A stretch of DNA of 32,000 nucleotides, taken from contig OZ245819.1 of the NCBI GenBank assembly GCA_965228485.1, positions 1,080,001 through 1,112,000 of the forward strand, read 5' to 3'. The notes beneath the pieces are model-generated. The model had not been told where the DNA came from. It saw only the letters and a list, made by a program, of their open reading frames with translations, and made no database searches. This stretch comes from Candidatus Saccharimonadota bacterium (GTDB taxonomy: Bacteria; Patescibacteriota; Gracilibacteria; UBA4473). The translations under genes were made by a program, and so were the position numbers. Of this stretch, positions 15,682 through 24,459 are shown in pieces. Position 1 is the stretch's first letter, and each line of letters opens with the position of its first letter.

Positions 15682-18600
15682 TTAGAAGTTAATGGTTCGT
15701 TGGTTTATTTTTTGCATTTTATCTTCTCCAAATCGTTTTATGTAGAGTGCGGCCGTAGCCGTCCCAGACAAGTTTTTGTCTTTAGGGAGATAAACTTGTT
15801 TGTATCGAGTAATCTCGTCCCAGTTGACTTGTAGGATGATTTTTTCGGGTTTACTAATCACTAGTTGTGCGGCTTCGATTTTATCTGGACTTGGGAAAGT
15901 GGTTTCTATGTAGACGGTTCGGAATCGTTGGTCTATTTCAGAGATAAATGGGTTAGTTTCTTCGATAATATTTTCTCTTTCGATGTTTACTGGGATGCTT
16001 TTATTGCTTACATTTCCTTGTGTGTCCCAGGCTTTTATGGCGATAGTTTTTCGTCCTCTGTCAGTAGGGGTAAATGATCGTGTGAATGGTGGTGTAGTAC
16101 TGATCCCTAAGCTTTTATTATTTACCAGGAACTCTACTCTATCTACACTCGATTGGAGGTCTGTTACCTGAGCCTGAATTTGAATTTCTGAGTTGATAGG
16201 GATGCTCTGGTTTGAAAATGGTCCAAGGATGATAATCTCAGGACCTTTGTCATCGGCTCCTACCGTAACCGTGATTTCGTCTTCTGCGATTCCAAAGTTT
16301 TCATCTAACAGAACGGCTTTGATGGTGTGTTTTGATCTAAAATTAAAATCTTCAGGAATAGTGAACTTTCCAGTGAATGGAGATTTTTTTGCCTGGTATA
16401 TTAATTCATCGTCCAGATAATACTCTACTGATTCAATTGGGTATTTTGCTTGGGTACTTACCATGACATTGATTTGTCCGGTTGTTACTTTTGATTTTGG
16501 GCTTAAAATACTAATTTTGGGAGCACTTTGATCGCTTGGATCTTGTAGCTGACTCCAGTCGATATCTTCTCCTCGCTCTTGCATATCTCGAATTCGTTTT
16601 TGAAGGAATGGAGGAAGGTCTCTTAAAAGTACTTCTGGAATACGCCAATTATTTGTTTTGTTTTCTTCTGTGTCATCTTCTTCTGATTCTTCTTCTAATT
16701 CTACTCCAAGACTGATAAGAAATTCAGGATGTTCATTGAGCCACTCTTCTACAGGGGTTTGCCAGTTTGGAAGATCTGGTTTTAAAGACGCAAGATTTAG
16801 GATTTTTACTTTTCTGATAAAAGCTTTTGGAGTTTTTTCATCAGCCTCTTTCCCAGTAAAGATATTAATTTCTTTTTCTATGATGCTATTGTCTGTTTCT
16901 GTTGGAAGATTGAACGAAGGGAAAACATCAGTTACTCGGAGATTTTCTGGGGTGTCTTCGGTTGCTAGTTTTCCGGACAGCGCATTAATTTCTTTGATCT
17001 GTAATGGTTTTGGTTCGTTGTATTCTTTATCTGGATCGGCCCCTTTTTTGATAAGAATTTCATGAGCATTCTCCATAGTGGCTTTCCAAATTGGGGCCGC
17101 AACGGTCATTCCAGTACTTCCAGATTTCATTGGTTTTCCTCGGTTGTTTCCTACCCATACTCCAGTCACTAAGTGAGGCGTAAACCCGATAGTCCAAGAG
17201 TCTCCAGGTACAGTGGTAAACCTTCGATTATCATCAGATTCAGGAATCTCTCGATTAAATTCAGGATTATTGATGACCCGATTGGAGGTTCCAGTCTTGG
17301 CTCCGTTATTAAGTTTTGCTAATTGAAGTAGATTGTTCCAGTCAAAGTCATCGGTTGTTGGGCGAGTAGTTTCGTCAGTGAGAATATTTCTTACCATTGC
17401 GGCGACCTCCGGGTCGAGTCCTTCTTTTTTGAAGTCTTCGGTATTAGTCTTTTCAAGGACTTTCCCATCTGCGTTTCTAATCTCTAAGATAGCGGTTGGT
17501 TCATAATAACTCCCGTCTCCAGCAAATGTTTGATAGGCATTTATGTGTGATAATGGTTCTACTTCAGCTACTCCGACACCAATAGCGACTCCGTGTGTAT
17601 CTGAATCCCCCTCATATTTAATACCTATTTTATCGGCTACTTTTAGTACCTTGTCAGGGGTTGCTAGATAAGCCATTTTAATAGCCGGGATATTGAGACT
17701 TGCATTGAGAGCTTTTCTAAATGAAGTTGGTCCACGGAATTTTTGGTCAAAATTTTGAGGTTTGTAGTTATTTCCAAAATCAGTTTCTACATCGAAAACA
17801 ACACTCCCAGGCGCATATCCCTCTTCAAACCCAGCGGCGAAAACCATTGGTTTAAAACTTGAGCCGGGTTGTCTCCGGGAAGTGAGCACATCTACTTGTC
17901 CATCGTTTGTGTCATCAAAAAAATCTTTCCCACCTATATAGGCAAGGATTTCTCCATTGTCAGGATTAATACTTGTAAGCGCTACATTATTAGCTCCGTA
18001 GGCTGTAGCATAATTGGCTGACTTTTGAGCAATCACTTCTTCCGCAGCATTCTGCACATCTGGGTCCAGCGTGGTGTAGATTCTAAGCCCTCCTTTATCA
18101 AGAAACTCTTTTCCATATTTATCTTCCATCTGTTGTCGAACATAGAAGACAAAATGAGGGGCTTTGATATCTGCTTTTGCTCTTTTAAAATCTGTATAGA
18201 GTCCCTCTCCCCAAGCTTGTTGAAATTGCTCTTGAGTGATGAAGTCCAATTCGAGCATTCTTTGCAAAACGAGATCTTTTCGCCCTTTTTTATAAACTTT
18301 CAGTTTGTTCCCATCTTGAATATCATCGGTTATTTCTTCGTTTTCAAGATTTGATTCAATTTCTTCAGCCTCAGTATTATCGGTTTCGTTCGTAGTTTCT
18401 GGCGTTGTGATAGATTCTTCGCTAGCGCGAGCCTCTGCTTCAGTTTTATAGTAGTCTTTGTAGTCGTAGTAGCCCATTAATAAATCCTTGTTTGGGCCGT
18501 AAGGGTTATAGGTTGTAGGTCTATTTGGAATGCTCGCAAGAATAGCTGATTCGGTAATCGTCAAATCTCGGGCAGATTTTCCAAAATAAGTTCGAGCCGC

Positions 18601-19203
18601 AGCTTCAACTCCATAGGCGTTGTTCCCGTAAGGAATTTTATTTAGGTAGAGCTCTAAAATCTCATCTTTGCTGTAGTGCCACTCGAGTTTTATAGAAAGG
18701 AGGAGTTCTTTGAATTTACGGATATAAGAACGTTCTGAAGAAAGAAATACTTGTTTGGCGAGCTGTTGTGTAATAGTGGATCCTCCACGTTTTGGCCCAA
18801 TGCCAAAAGCTTCGTGTATAAATACTTTTACTAGGGCAGGAAGATCAAATCCAAAGTGAGAATAGAATTGGTCATCTTCTATGGCAACCGTCGCTTGAGA
18901 CATCCAAGGAGAAATTTCTTCAAGGGACATATATTCTCGATTCTCATCACCATGGATGACGTAGAGAATGTGTTGTTCAGGTTTTGCTCCAGGAAGTAGG
19001 GCCTCTCGATCATATATTATTGTAGATTCAGCAAAGCTTAACTCCGATGCATCTTTTACGCTTGGGAGGAAAAAAGCTCCATAGACAATACAAAAAATTA
19101 CGACAAATATTGGACCAAGAATCATCATCCATTTCCATGGAAGTTTTGTGATCCGTGTGAGTAATTTTTTTTTCTTTTTCCTTTTGAATCGCTTTATATG
19201 CAT
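15682..19203 (-). CDS. Class A penicillin-binding protein (GT51 transglycosylase + transpeptidase) with a ~450-aa C-terminal extension
   Basis: GT51 motifs 'AIEDDQFYSHFG', 'GGSTITQQLAK' and 'RKFKELLLSIKLE'. Transpeptidase motifs 'SSFK' (S448), 'SLN' (502-504) and 'KTG' (636-638). N-terminal TM anchor. Total length 1173 aa. Confidence 0.93.
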   Translation of the reverse strand: MHIKRFKRKKKKKLLTRITKLPWKWMMILGPIFVVIFCIVYGAFFLPSVKDASELSFAESTIIYDREALLPGAKPEQHILYVIHGDENREYMSLEEISPWMSQATVAIEDDQFYSHFGFDLPALVKVFIHEAFGIGPKRGGSTITQQLAKQVFLSSERSYIRKFKELLLSIKLEWHYSKDEILELYLNKIPYGNNAYGVEAAARTYFGKSARDLTITESAILASIPNRPTTYNPYGPNKDLLMGYYDYKDYYKTEAEARASEESITTPETTNETDNTEAEEIESNLENEEITDDIQDGNKLKVYKKGRKDLVLQRMLELDFITQEQFQQAWGEGLYTDFKRAKADIKAPHFVFYVRQQMEDKYGKEFLDKGGLRIYTTLDPDVQNAAEEVIAQKSANYATAYGANNVALTSINPDNGEILAYIGGKDFFDDTNDGQVDVLTSRRQPGSSFKPMVFAAGFEEGYAPGSVVFDVETDFGNNYKPQNFDQKFRGPTSFRKALNASLNIPAIKMAYLATPDKVLKVADKIGIKYEGDSDTHGVAIGVGVAEVEPLSHINAYQTFAGDGSYYEPTAILEIRNADGKVLEKTNTEDFKKEGLDPEVAAMVRNILTDETTRPTTDDFDWNNLLQLAKLNNGAKTGTSNRVINNPEFNREIPESDDNRRFTTVPGDSWTIGFTPHLVTGVWVGNNRGKPMKSGSTGMTVAAPIWKATMENAHEILIKKGADPDKEYNEPKPLQIKEINALSGKLATEDTPENLRVTDVFPSFNLPTETDNSIIEKEINIFTGKEADEKTPKAFIRKVKILNLASLKPDLPNWQTPVEEWLNEHPEFLISLGVELEEESEEDDTEENKTNNWRIPEVLLRDLPPFLQKRIRDMQERGEDIDWSQLQDPSDQSAPKISILSPKSKVTTGQINVMVSTQAKYPIESVEYYLDDELIYQAKKSPFTGKFTIPEDFNFRSKHTIKAVLLDENFGIAEDEITVTVGADDKGPEIIILGPFSNQSIPINSEIQIQAQVTDLQSSVDRVEFLVNNKSLGISTTPPFTRSFTPTDRGRKTIAIKAWDTQGNVSNKSIPVNIERENIIEETNPFISEIDQRFRTVYIETTFPSPDKIEAAQLVISKPEKIILQVNWDEITRYKQVYLPKDKNLSGTATAALYIKRFGEDKMQKINQRTINF

Positions 19204-19279
19204 ATCATTTCTGTTTTAGACAAACCATTGAAAATTTCAAATAGGTTTTACGAATAATTTTAATAATTTATGACACTTT

Positions 19280-19786
19280 TTAGTGACAACCTTTCCCGTT
19301 GAATAGTGGGACATCCCAGATTATGTCATCAGAGTTTCCCCTAAGTCCATCCGGTCCAACTGATCTAATAGTATCTTGTCTGCAAGGGGTTTCGTCCTCA
19401 TTTTCATCTAGAGAATAAGGGCTTCCCCACGGATCGGTGTATAAACCTCCTAAGTCAGTTCTAGCTGCCTGAGCTATAGCGTTCAAGGCATTTTGCCATC
19501 GGGTGTGACAAGCATGTGATTCGGGAAGTGTATAATATGGTTGACTGGATCGACAACCACAATCGGTACAGCCACTTCCCGTTATGTAGCGTAGGGAAGT
19601 GCCTTCAAAATTTCTGGCGATTATTATGGCTTTGATAAGTTGAGAAACTTCGGCTTCTACTTGGGCTCTTCGAGCGTCTTTGAAGTAAGCATTATAAGTG
19701 GCAGTGGCTATGATTGAAAGAATTCCTATAATCACAATTACTACGAGTAATTCGATAAGGGTGAATCCTTGATATTTAATTTTCAT
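19280..19786 (-). CDS. Type IV pilin / T2SS GspG-like pseudopilin with a Cys-rich insert
   Basis: Prepilin leader and methylation motif 'MKIKYQG|FTLIELLVV'. GspG-like 'DPWGSPY...GPDGLRGNSDDIIW'. Confidence 0.88.
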   Translation of the reverse strand: MKIKYQGFTLIELLVVIVIIGILSIIATATYNAYFKDARRAQVEAEVSQLIKAIIIARNFEGTSLRYITGSGCTDCGCRSSQPYYTLPESHACHTRWQNALNAIAQAARTDLGGLYTDPWGSPYSLDENEDETPCRQDTIRSVGPDGLRGNSDDIIWDVPLFNGKGCH

Positions 19787-19818
19787 CCGTTTAAGATTGT
19801 ACCATCTAGATATTTATT

Positions 19819-20457
19819 ATGAAAATTGCGCCTTCAATTTTAGATGCTAATTTTGGTTCTCTGCAATCAGAACTTGATAGTATTTCCAGCGCTGATCGGA
19901 TCCATTTAGATATTATGGATGGTCATTATGTGCCCAATTTAAGCTTTGGTCTGCCTGTTTTAAAAAATCTTGAATACCCAGTAGAAACGGAAGCTCATTT
20001 AATGGTGAATAATCCTGAAGAGTTTTTTGATATGTTTATCGATATTGGTTGTGAAACGATCACTTTTCATATCGAAAACACGGGAAGAGAAAAAGCCTTA
20101 ATGCTGTTAGAAACTTTGAAAGAATTGGGAATCAAAGGAGGAATTTCCATTGATGGATATACAGACTCTGATTTCTTATCTGATGATATCTTGGGAGTGG
20201 CCGATCAGATATTGGTGATGTCAGTGAAAGCTGGATTTGGTGGGCAAAGTTTTATGACTGCATCTATTGATAAAATTAAATCTCTGAGATCTCGGGGGTT
20301 TGCTGGAGAGATAGAGGTCGACGGGGGAGTGAATTTAGATAATGTAACAGATTTAGCTGCAGCAGGAGCAGATATTGTGGTAGTCGGAAGTTTTTTGATG
20401 AAAAAATCAGTGGAGGAAAGAGCTCAGATTATCCAATCTTTTCATAATATTAAATAA
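19819..20457 (+). CDS. rpe: Ribulose-phosphate 3-epimerase
   Basis: 'KIAPSILDANFGSL...HLDIMDGHYVPNLSFG' and 'GFGGQSF'. Confidence 0.93.
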   Translation: MKIAPSILDANFGSLQSELDSISSADRIHLDIMDGHYVPNLSFGLPVLKNLEYPVETEAHLMVNNPEEFFDMFIDIGCETITFHIENTGREKALMLLETLKELGIKGGISIDGYTDSDFLSDDILGVADQILVMSVKAGFGGQSFMTASIDKIKSLRSRGFAGEIEVDGGVNLDNVTDLAAAGADIVVVGSFLMKKSVEERAQIIQSFHNIK

Positions 20458-20470
20458 TAAATATAAAAAC

Positions 20471-21037
20471 ATGAGTAAGAAATTAGTTATTGTTTCCGGT
20501 CATCCTGATAGAAATAGCTTGGCAGAGGCCAATGTAAAAGCGCTTGAAACAGCGGCAAAAAAACAAGATATCGATGTAAAAATTTTTTATGCTTACGATT
20601 TTCCTTTACTGCAGACAAATCCGGCAAAAGGTGATATTCCAGCTGAATTTGAAGCTCCAGTGGAGGCAATGCTTGAGGCCAACTACTTTGCTTTTGTCAC
20701 CCCTATGTGGAATTTTGGAGTAACAGGAGGATTAAAAAACTTTATAGATGGAGTTGTCCAACGTAAGAAGTTTTTTGAATTTACTCCAGAAAGAAAACCA
20801 AAAGGACTTTTAAAAACAGAAAAAGGCCTTGTTGTATGGACCAGCGGAGGCCCAGATTGGATTTATGGAACGGTAATGAAGAATGTTTTGTTTGGTGAGC
20901 TCAAAAGTATTCTTAAATTTTGTGGTGTTAAAAAGATGTCTCAATTAAGTCTTGGAAATGTTTTAGGTAAAGAGACTCATCAAGAAAAAGCCGCAATTAA
21001 TGCTTTTTTAGCCAAGCTAGAGAACTATAAATTCTAG
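20471..21037 (+). CDS. Flavodoxin-like-fold NAD(P)H (quinone) oxidoreductase / azoreductase-family protein
   Basis: 'KLVIVSGHPDRNSL...' and 'FVTPMWNFGVTGGLKNFIDGV' fit the Flavodoxin_2/AzoR-type pattern. Confidence 0.7.
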   Translation: MSKKLVIVSGHPDRNSLAEANVKALETAAKKQDIDVKIFYAYDFPLLQTNPAKGDIPAEFEAPVEAMLEANYFAFVTPMWNFGVTGGLKNFIDGVVQRKKFFEFTPERKPKGLLKTEKGLVVWTSGGPDWIYGTVMKNVLFGELKSILKFCGVKKMSQLSLGNVLGKETHQEKAAINAFLAKLENYKF

Positions 21038-21038
21038 T

Positions 21039-21623
21039 ATGTTTACAGGTATTGTTGAGGGTACGGGAGTGATAAAATCTATAAATGGAAATGAATTTGT
21101 AATTTCTCATCCGTTTGGAAATCATTTTGAAGTGGGAGAGTCTGTGGCGCTTTCAGGGATGTGTGCGACAGTTCTGGAAAGTTCAGATAATGATTTTCGA
21201 GTGGAGATTATTGAGGAGTCTCGAAAGCTTACGGTCTTTAGTACTTTGGAAGTTGAAGAACTTGTAAATTTAGAGCGCTCAGCCCTTATAGGTGGTCGTA
21301 ATTCTGGTCATAATGTAACTGGGCATATTGATCAAGCGGGAGAGGTCCTAGATGTAGAGAAAGTTCAAGATTATCAGCTTCTACGAATTAAAATAGATCC
21401 TGAAAATAGAAAATATTTGGTTTATAAAGGATCAGTAGCTATTAATGGAGTTTCTTTAACCGTTAGCGGGGTGAGTAAATTGAGTGATTCTAAGGCTTGG
21501 TTTGAAGTTTCCCTGATATCTCACACTTGGACAGAAACAAATCTGCACCGGTTAAATATGGGAGATTTAGTGAATTTGGAATTCGATATTTTTGGAAAAT
21601 ATGTCCTTAACTACCAAGATTAA
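21039..21623 (+). CDS. ribE: Riboflavin synthase (alpha chain)
   Basis: 'MFTGIVEGTGVI' N-terminus and two lumazine-binding repeats ('GESVALSGMCATV' and 'GSVAINGVSLTV'). Confidence 0.92.
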   Translation: MFTGIVEGTGVIKSINGNEFVISHPFGNHFEVGESVALSGMCATVLESSDNDFRVEIIEESRKLTVFSTLEVEELVNLERSALIGGRNSGHNVTGHIDQAGEVLDVEKVQDYQLLRIKIDPENRKYLVYKGSVAINGVSLTVSGVSKLSDSKAWFEVSLISHTWTETNLHRLNMGDLVNLEFDIFGKYVLNYQD

Positions 21624-21882
21624 AAACATTATTGAGTGGCCTGATAAAGCGTTAGCTTCTACAGCGATAGTGGCTATTGGTCTGTATCAAAAAACTATTT
21701 CACCAGACCATTCGGCGAAAGGGAAGCTGGAGCCATTTCATGGTTGTAAATTTTATCCGAGTTGTTCGGAATATGCGATTTTGAGTTTGGAGAAGAAAGG
21801 GTTCTTGTTGGCACTTCCAAAAATTTTTTGGAGACTATTGCGTTGTCACCCTTGGAGTAAAGGAGGGATTGATAAGCCTTAA
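21601..21882 (+). CDS. yidD: Membrane protein insertion efficiency factor YidD
   Basis: 'LYQKTISP...CKFYPSCSEYA...RLLRCHPWSKGGIDKP'. ATG at 21601; the track start at 21592 is a TTG. It overlaps the ribE 3' end. Confidence 0.88.
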   Translation: MSLTTKIKNIIEWPDKALASTAIVAIGLYQKTISPDHSAKGKLEPFHGCKFYPSCSEYAILSLEKKGFLLALPKIFWRLLRCHPWSKGGIDKP

Positions 21883-21936
21883 GTTTTGCTAAAAAAATAA
21901 AAATGTTTAAGGTCGTGAAGGTTTAAAAAAACACTT

Positions 21937-22869
21937 ATGATTATCGTTTCTATATTGGCTTTTCTCATTATCTTTTCAACCCTTGTGATTGTTCATGAGT
22001 TTGGGCACTACTATGCGGCCATAAAGTCTGGAGTGAAGGTTGAAGAATTTGGTTTGGGGATGGGAAAAAAACTTCTCGGGAAAAAATATGGAGAAACAGA
22101 ATTTACACTTAATTTAGTGCCATTTGGAGGCTTTGTAAGAATGTTGGGAGAGGAGTCTGCATCAAAGGATCCTCGAAGTTTTGGAAAAGCGAATCTACTC
22201 AATAGAATGATGATTACTCTCGCAGGAGTTTTTATGAATTTTATTTTGGCTATTTTGCTTTTGACTATGCTTTTTACGGTTGGAACGAATCCTATCTTGG
22301 TCTCTAAAGATGATATCAATAATGCTTATGATAAAGGCTGGATTACTTTTGAAACAGCGGAAGGTGAAAAGATCACTCGAGAGGCTCTGCAGGCAGAGAA
22401 AGATGAAAAACGAAAGGTAAAAATTATTTATGAAACGGAGATTCAAAAACCATTGCCTCAGGCCTTTGTGTTTTCAATTAAAGAAACTGGGAGAATTTCA
22501 TGGGCAGTACTCAAAAAAGCTGGAGAGATTCCAGTAGAACTTATCGCTCGTCGAGCTTTGCCAGAAGGAATTGCCGGACCTGTAGGAATTGCCGAAATTA
22601 CTCATAAAGTTATTCCTCTTGGATTTTTGGCATTGGTAAAATTGGCGGCGTTATTATCCATTTCTTTAGGAGTCATGAATTTATTACCTATTCCTGCGTT
22701 AGACGGAGGACGATTTATGTTTCAGTTATTGGAGCTAATCATGAAACCTTTTAGAAGAAAACCGAGTGAAAAATTGGAAAATATGGTTCATTTGGCAGGC
22801 TTTGTTTTGCTTATGGGGTTGCTGGTTATTATCACTTGGAACGATATTCAGAGAATTTTTCTGGGATAA
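21937..22869 (+). CDS. rseP: M50 site-2 (RIP) zinc metalloprotease, RseP-like but without a recognisable PDZ domain
   Basis: 'HEFGHY' in TM1 and 'NLLPIPALDGG' near the C-terminus. Only 310 aa. Confidence 0.85.
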   Translation: MIIVSILAFLIIFSTLVIVHEFGHYYAAIKSGVKVEEFGLGMGKKLLGKKYGETEFTLNLVPFGGFVRMLGEESASKDPRSFGKANLLNRMMITLAGVFMNFILAILLLTMLFTVGTNPILVSKDDINNAYDKGWITFETAEGEKITREALQAEKDEKRKVKIIYETEIQKPLPQAFVFSIKETGRISWAVLKKAGEIPVELIARRALPEGIAGPVGIAEITHKVIPLGFLALVKLAALLSISLGVMNLLPIPALDGGRFMFQLLELIMKPFRRKPSEKLENMVHLAGFVLLMGLLVIITWNDIQRIFLG

Positions 22870-22870
22870 T

Positions 22871-22898
22871 TTGACAAAAAAACATTCCGCTCTAAACT
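22871..22898 (+). promoter_or_regulatory. Promoter TTGACA-16-TAAACT for rplY
   Basis: TTGACA at 22871-22876 and TAAACT at 22893-22898. Confidence 0.45.
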
Positions 22899-22922
22899 CG
22901 CGCGGCTAAGTGTGAATTATTG

Positions 22923-23567
22923 ATGACAGAAACTTACGATTTGGCTGCCGAAAAACGAGAAGCAACTAAACATTCTGCACGAGATACTCGATCTGCGGGG
23001 AGAGTTCCAGGAGTTGTTTATGGTCATGGAGTTGATCCTCAACCAGTGTCTGTAGACTATTCTGAGTTTTTGAAACTTTTCCGACGAGCTGGACAAGCTT
23101 CTCTTGTAAATTTAGATATTAGTGGAAAGAAGACGAAAGTTCTTATTCATACCTACGATCTTGATCCAGTTCGAGATACGTTTGATCATGTAGATTTTCT
23201 AGCGGTAAATCTAAAAGAAAAAGCAATGGTAACGGTGCCATTAGTATTTACTGGAGAATCTCTTGCGGTTAAGAATTTGGGAGGAATCTTTATGTCGAGT
23301 CATGACTCAATTGAGATTCGATGTCTTCCAACAGAAATTCCACATGATATTCAAGTAGATATTTCAGCACTGGCTGATCTTCACGATCATATCACTATCG
23401 CTGACCTTAACTTGCCTGAAAATTTGGAAGTAATGCATATGGATATCGATACAGTAATTTGTTCTATTACTGGTCGAGCATCTGCAACAGAGGAAGAAGA
23501 AACAGAAGCAACTACGGAAGCAACTGAAGAAGGAGGAGAAGAGTCTACAGAGGAAGCTTCTGAGTAA
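22923..23567 (+). CDS. rplY: 50S ribosomal protein L25 / general stress protein Ctc, with an acidic C-terminal tail
   Basis: 'RSAGRVPGVVYGHG...PVSVDYSEF'. ATG at 22923; the track start at 22920 is a TTG. Confidence 0.9.
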   Translation: MTETYDLAAEKREATKHSARDTRSAGRVPGVVYGHGVDPQPVSVDYSEFLKLFRRAGQASLVNLDISGKKTKVLIHTYDLDPVRDTFDHVDFLAVNLKEKAMVTVPLVFTGESLAVKNLGGIFMSSHDSIEIRCLPTEIPHDIQVDISALADLHDHITIADLNLPENLEVMHMDIDTVICSITGRASATEEEETEATTEATEEGGEESTEEASE

Positions 23568-23589
23568 TTAAATATTTGAAATTTTATTT

Positions 23590-23620
23590 AAAAAAGTCAC
23601 CATACAGGTGGCTTTTTTAT
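23590..23620 (+). terminator. Rho-independent terminator after rplY
   Basis: AGTCACC-ATACA-GGTGGCT followed by TTTTTT. It ends about 8 nt before the next ATG. Confidence 0.65.
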
Positions 23621-23627
23621 TTTTGAT

Positions 23628-24401
23628 ATGCAGGTTTGTTTTAATGGTCAGATTATGGAGGAAAAAGAGGTGCCCTCAATCTCTCCATTTGCAAAACACT
23701 TACAATTTGCTCAAGCAGTGTTTGAAACTTTTCGAGTAAGTAATGGTGAGATAGTGTTTTTTGATAAACATTTACAGAGGTTGGATCGTTCTAGAAGTTT
23801 AATGGGTTTTGAATGGCCAGAAAAACAAAACTTAAAAACGGTCGAATCAACGATTAAGCAATTTTTAGAATTACCAAAAACCTCTCAAGGCCTTTGGAGA
23901 GGGAAAATCTTCTTAACTCCTGATTTCTGGTGGTTTCGTTTGATATCATTAGAAGTTATTGATGAAAGAATTTATAGAGAGGGAGTCGTGGTAAATGCTG
24001 CGCAAGAAAAAAGGGCTTTGCCTCAGGCCAAGGGAGCTTCAGCGATCTATCTTCGACATATGAATCAGAAGAATATTTTTGAGACTTTGTTTTTTGATCA
24101 CAATGATTATTTAAGAGAAGGAAATGTCACGAATGTATTTATAGAATTAGAAAATGGTTTAGTGGTGACTCCAAAGGATAATATTTTACATGGTATTATG
24201 AGATCGGGAGTCTTGGATATTCTAAAGATCGAAGGTATTAATGTAGAAGAGCGAGAAGTACATAGATCAGAATTGTGTCAGGCGAGGGCTATGTTTCTTA
24301 CCAATACAATCAAAGGGGTCGTGCCTATCGCCACCTTTGAGGACTGGAAAGGAAATGATTTTTCTTTGGTAAGCCGTATTCGTGAACACTTGTCCTTTTA
24401 G
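23628..24401 (+). CDS. Class IV (fold type IV) PLP aminotransferase family protein (BCAT / D-aa AT / ADC-lyase-like)
   Basis: 'FETFRV', 'HLQRLDRS', 'EGNVTNVF' and 'ILHGIMRSGVL' match fold-type IV signature positions. Substrate cannot be assigned. Confidence 0.75.
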   Translation: MQVCFNGQIMEEKEVPSISPFAKHLQFAQAVFETFRVSNGEIVFFDKHLQRLDRSRSLMGFEWPEKQNLKTVESTIKQFLELPKTSQGLWRGKIFLTPDFWWFRLISLEVIDERIYREGVVVNAAQEKRALPQAKGASAIYLRHMNQKNIFETLFFDHNDYLREGNVTNVFIELENGLVVTPKDNILHGIMRSGVLDILKIEGINVEEREVHRSELCQARAMFLTNTIKGVVPIATFEDWKGNDFSLVSRIREHLSF

Positions 24402-24459
24402 GGACTTGTTAAAGTGTTTTAAATATGATATAATATCCAATTGTAGTTTAAGTAATTTT

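Noticed and set aside
15672-15682. FMN (RFN) riboswitches before ribD or ribE (here and at 21037-21039)
   Set aside because: The upstream spacers are 9 nt and 1 nt, so there is no space for a ~150-nt RFN element.
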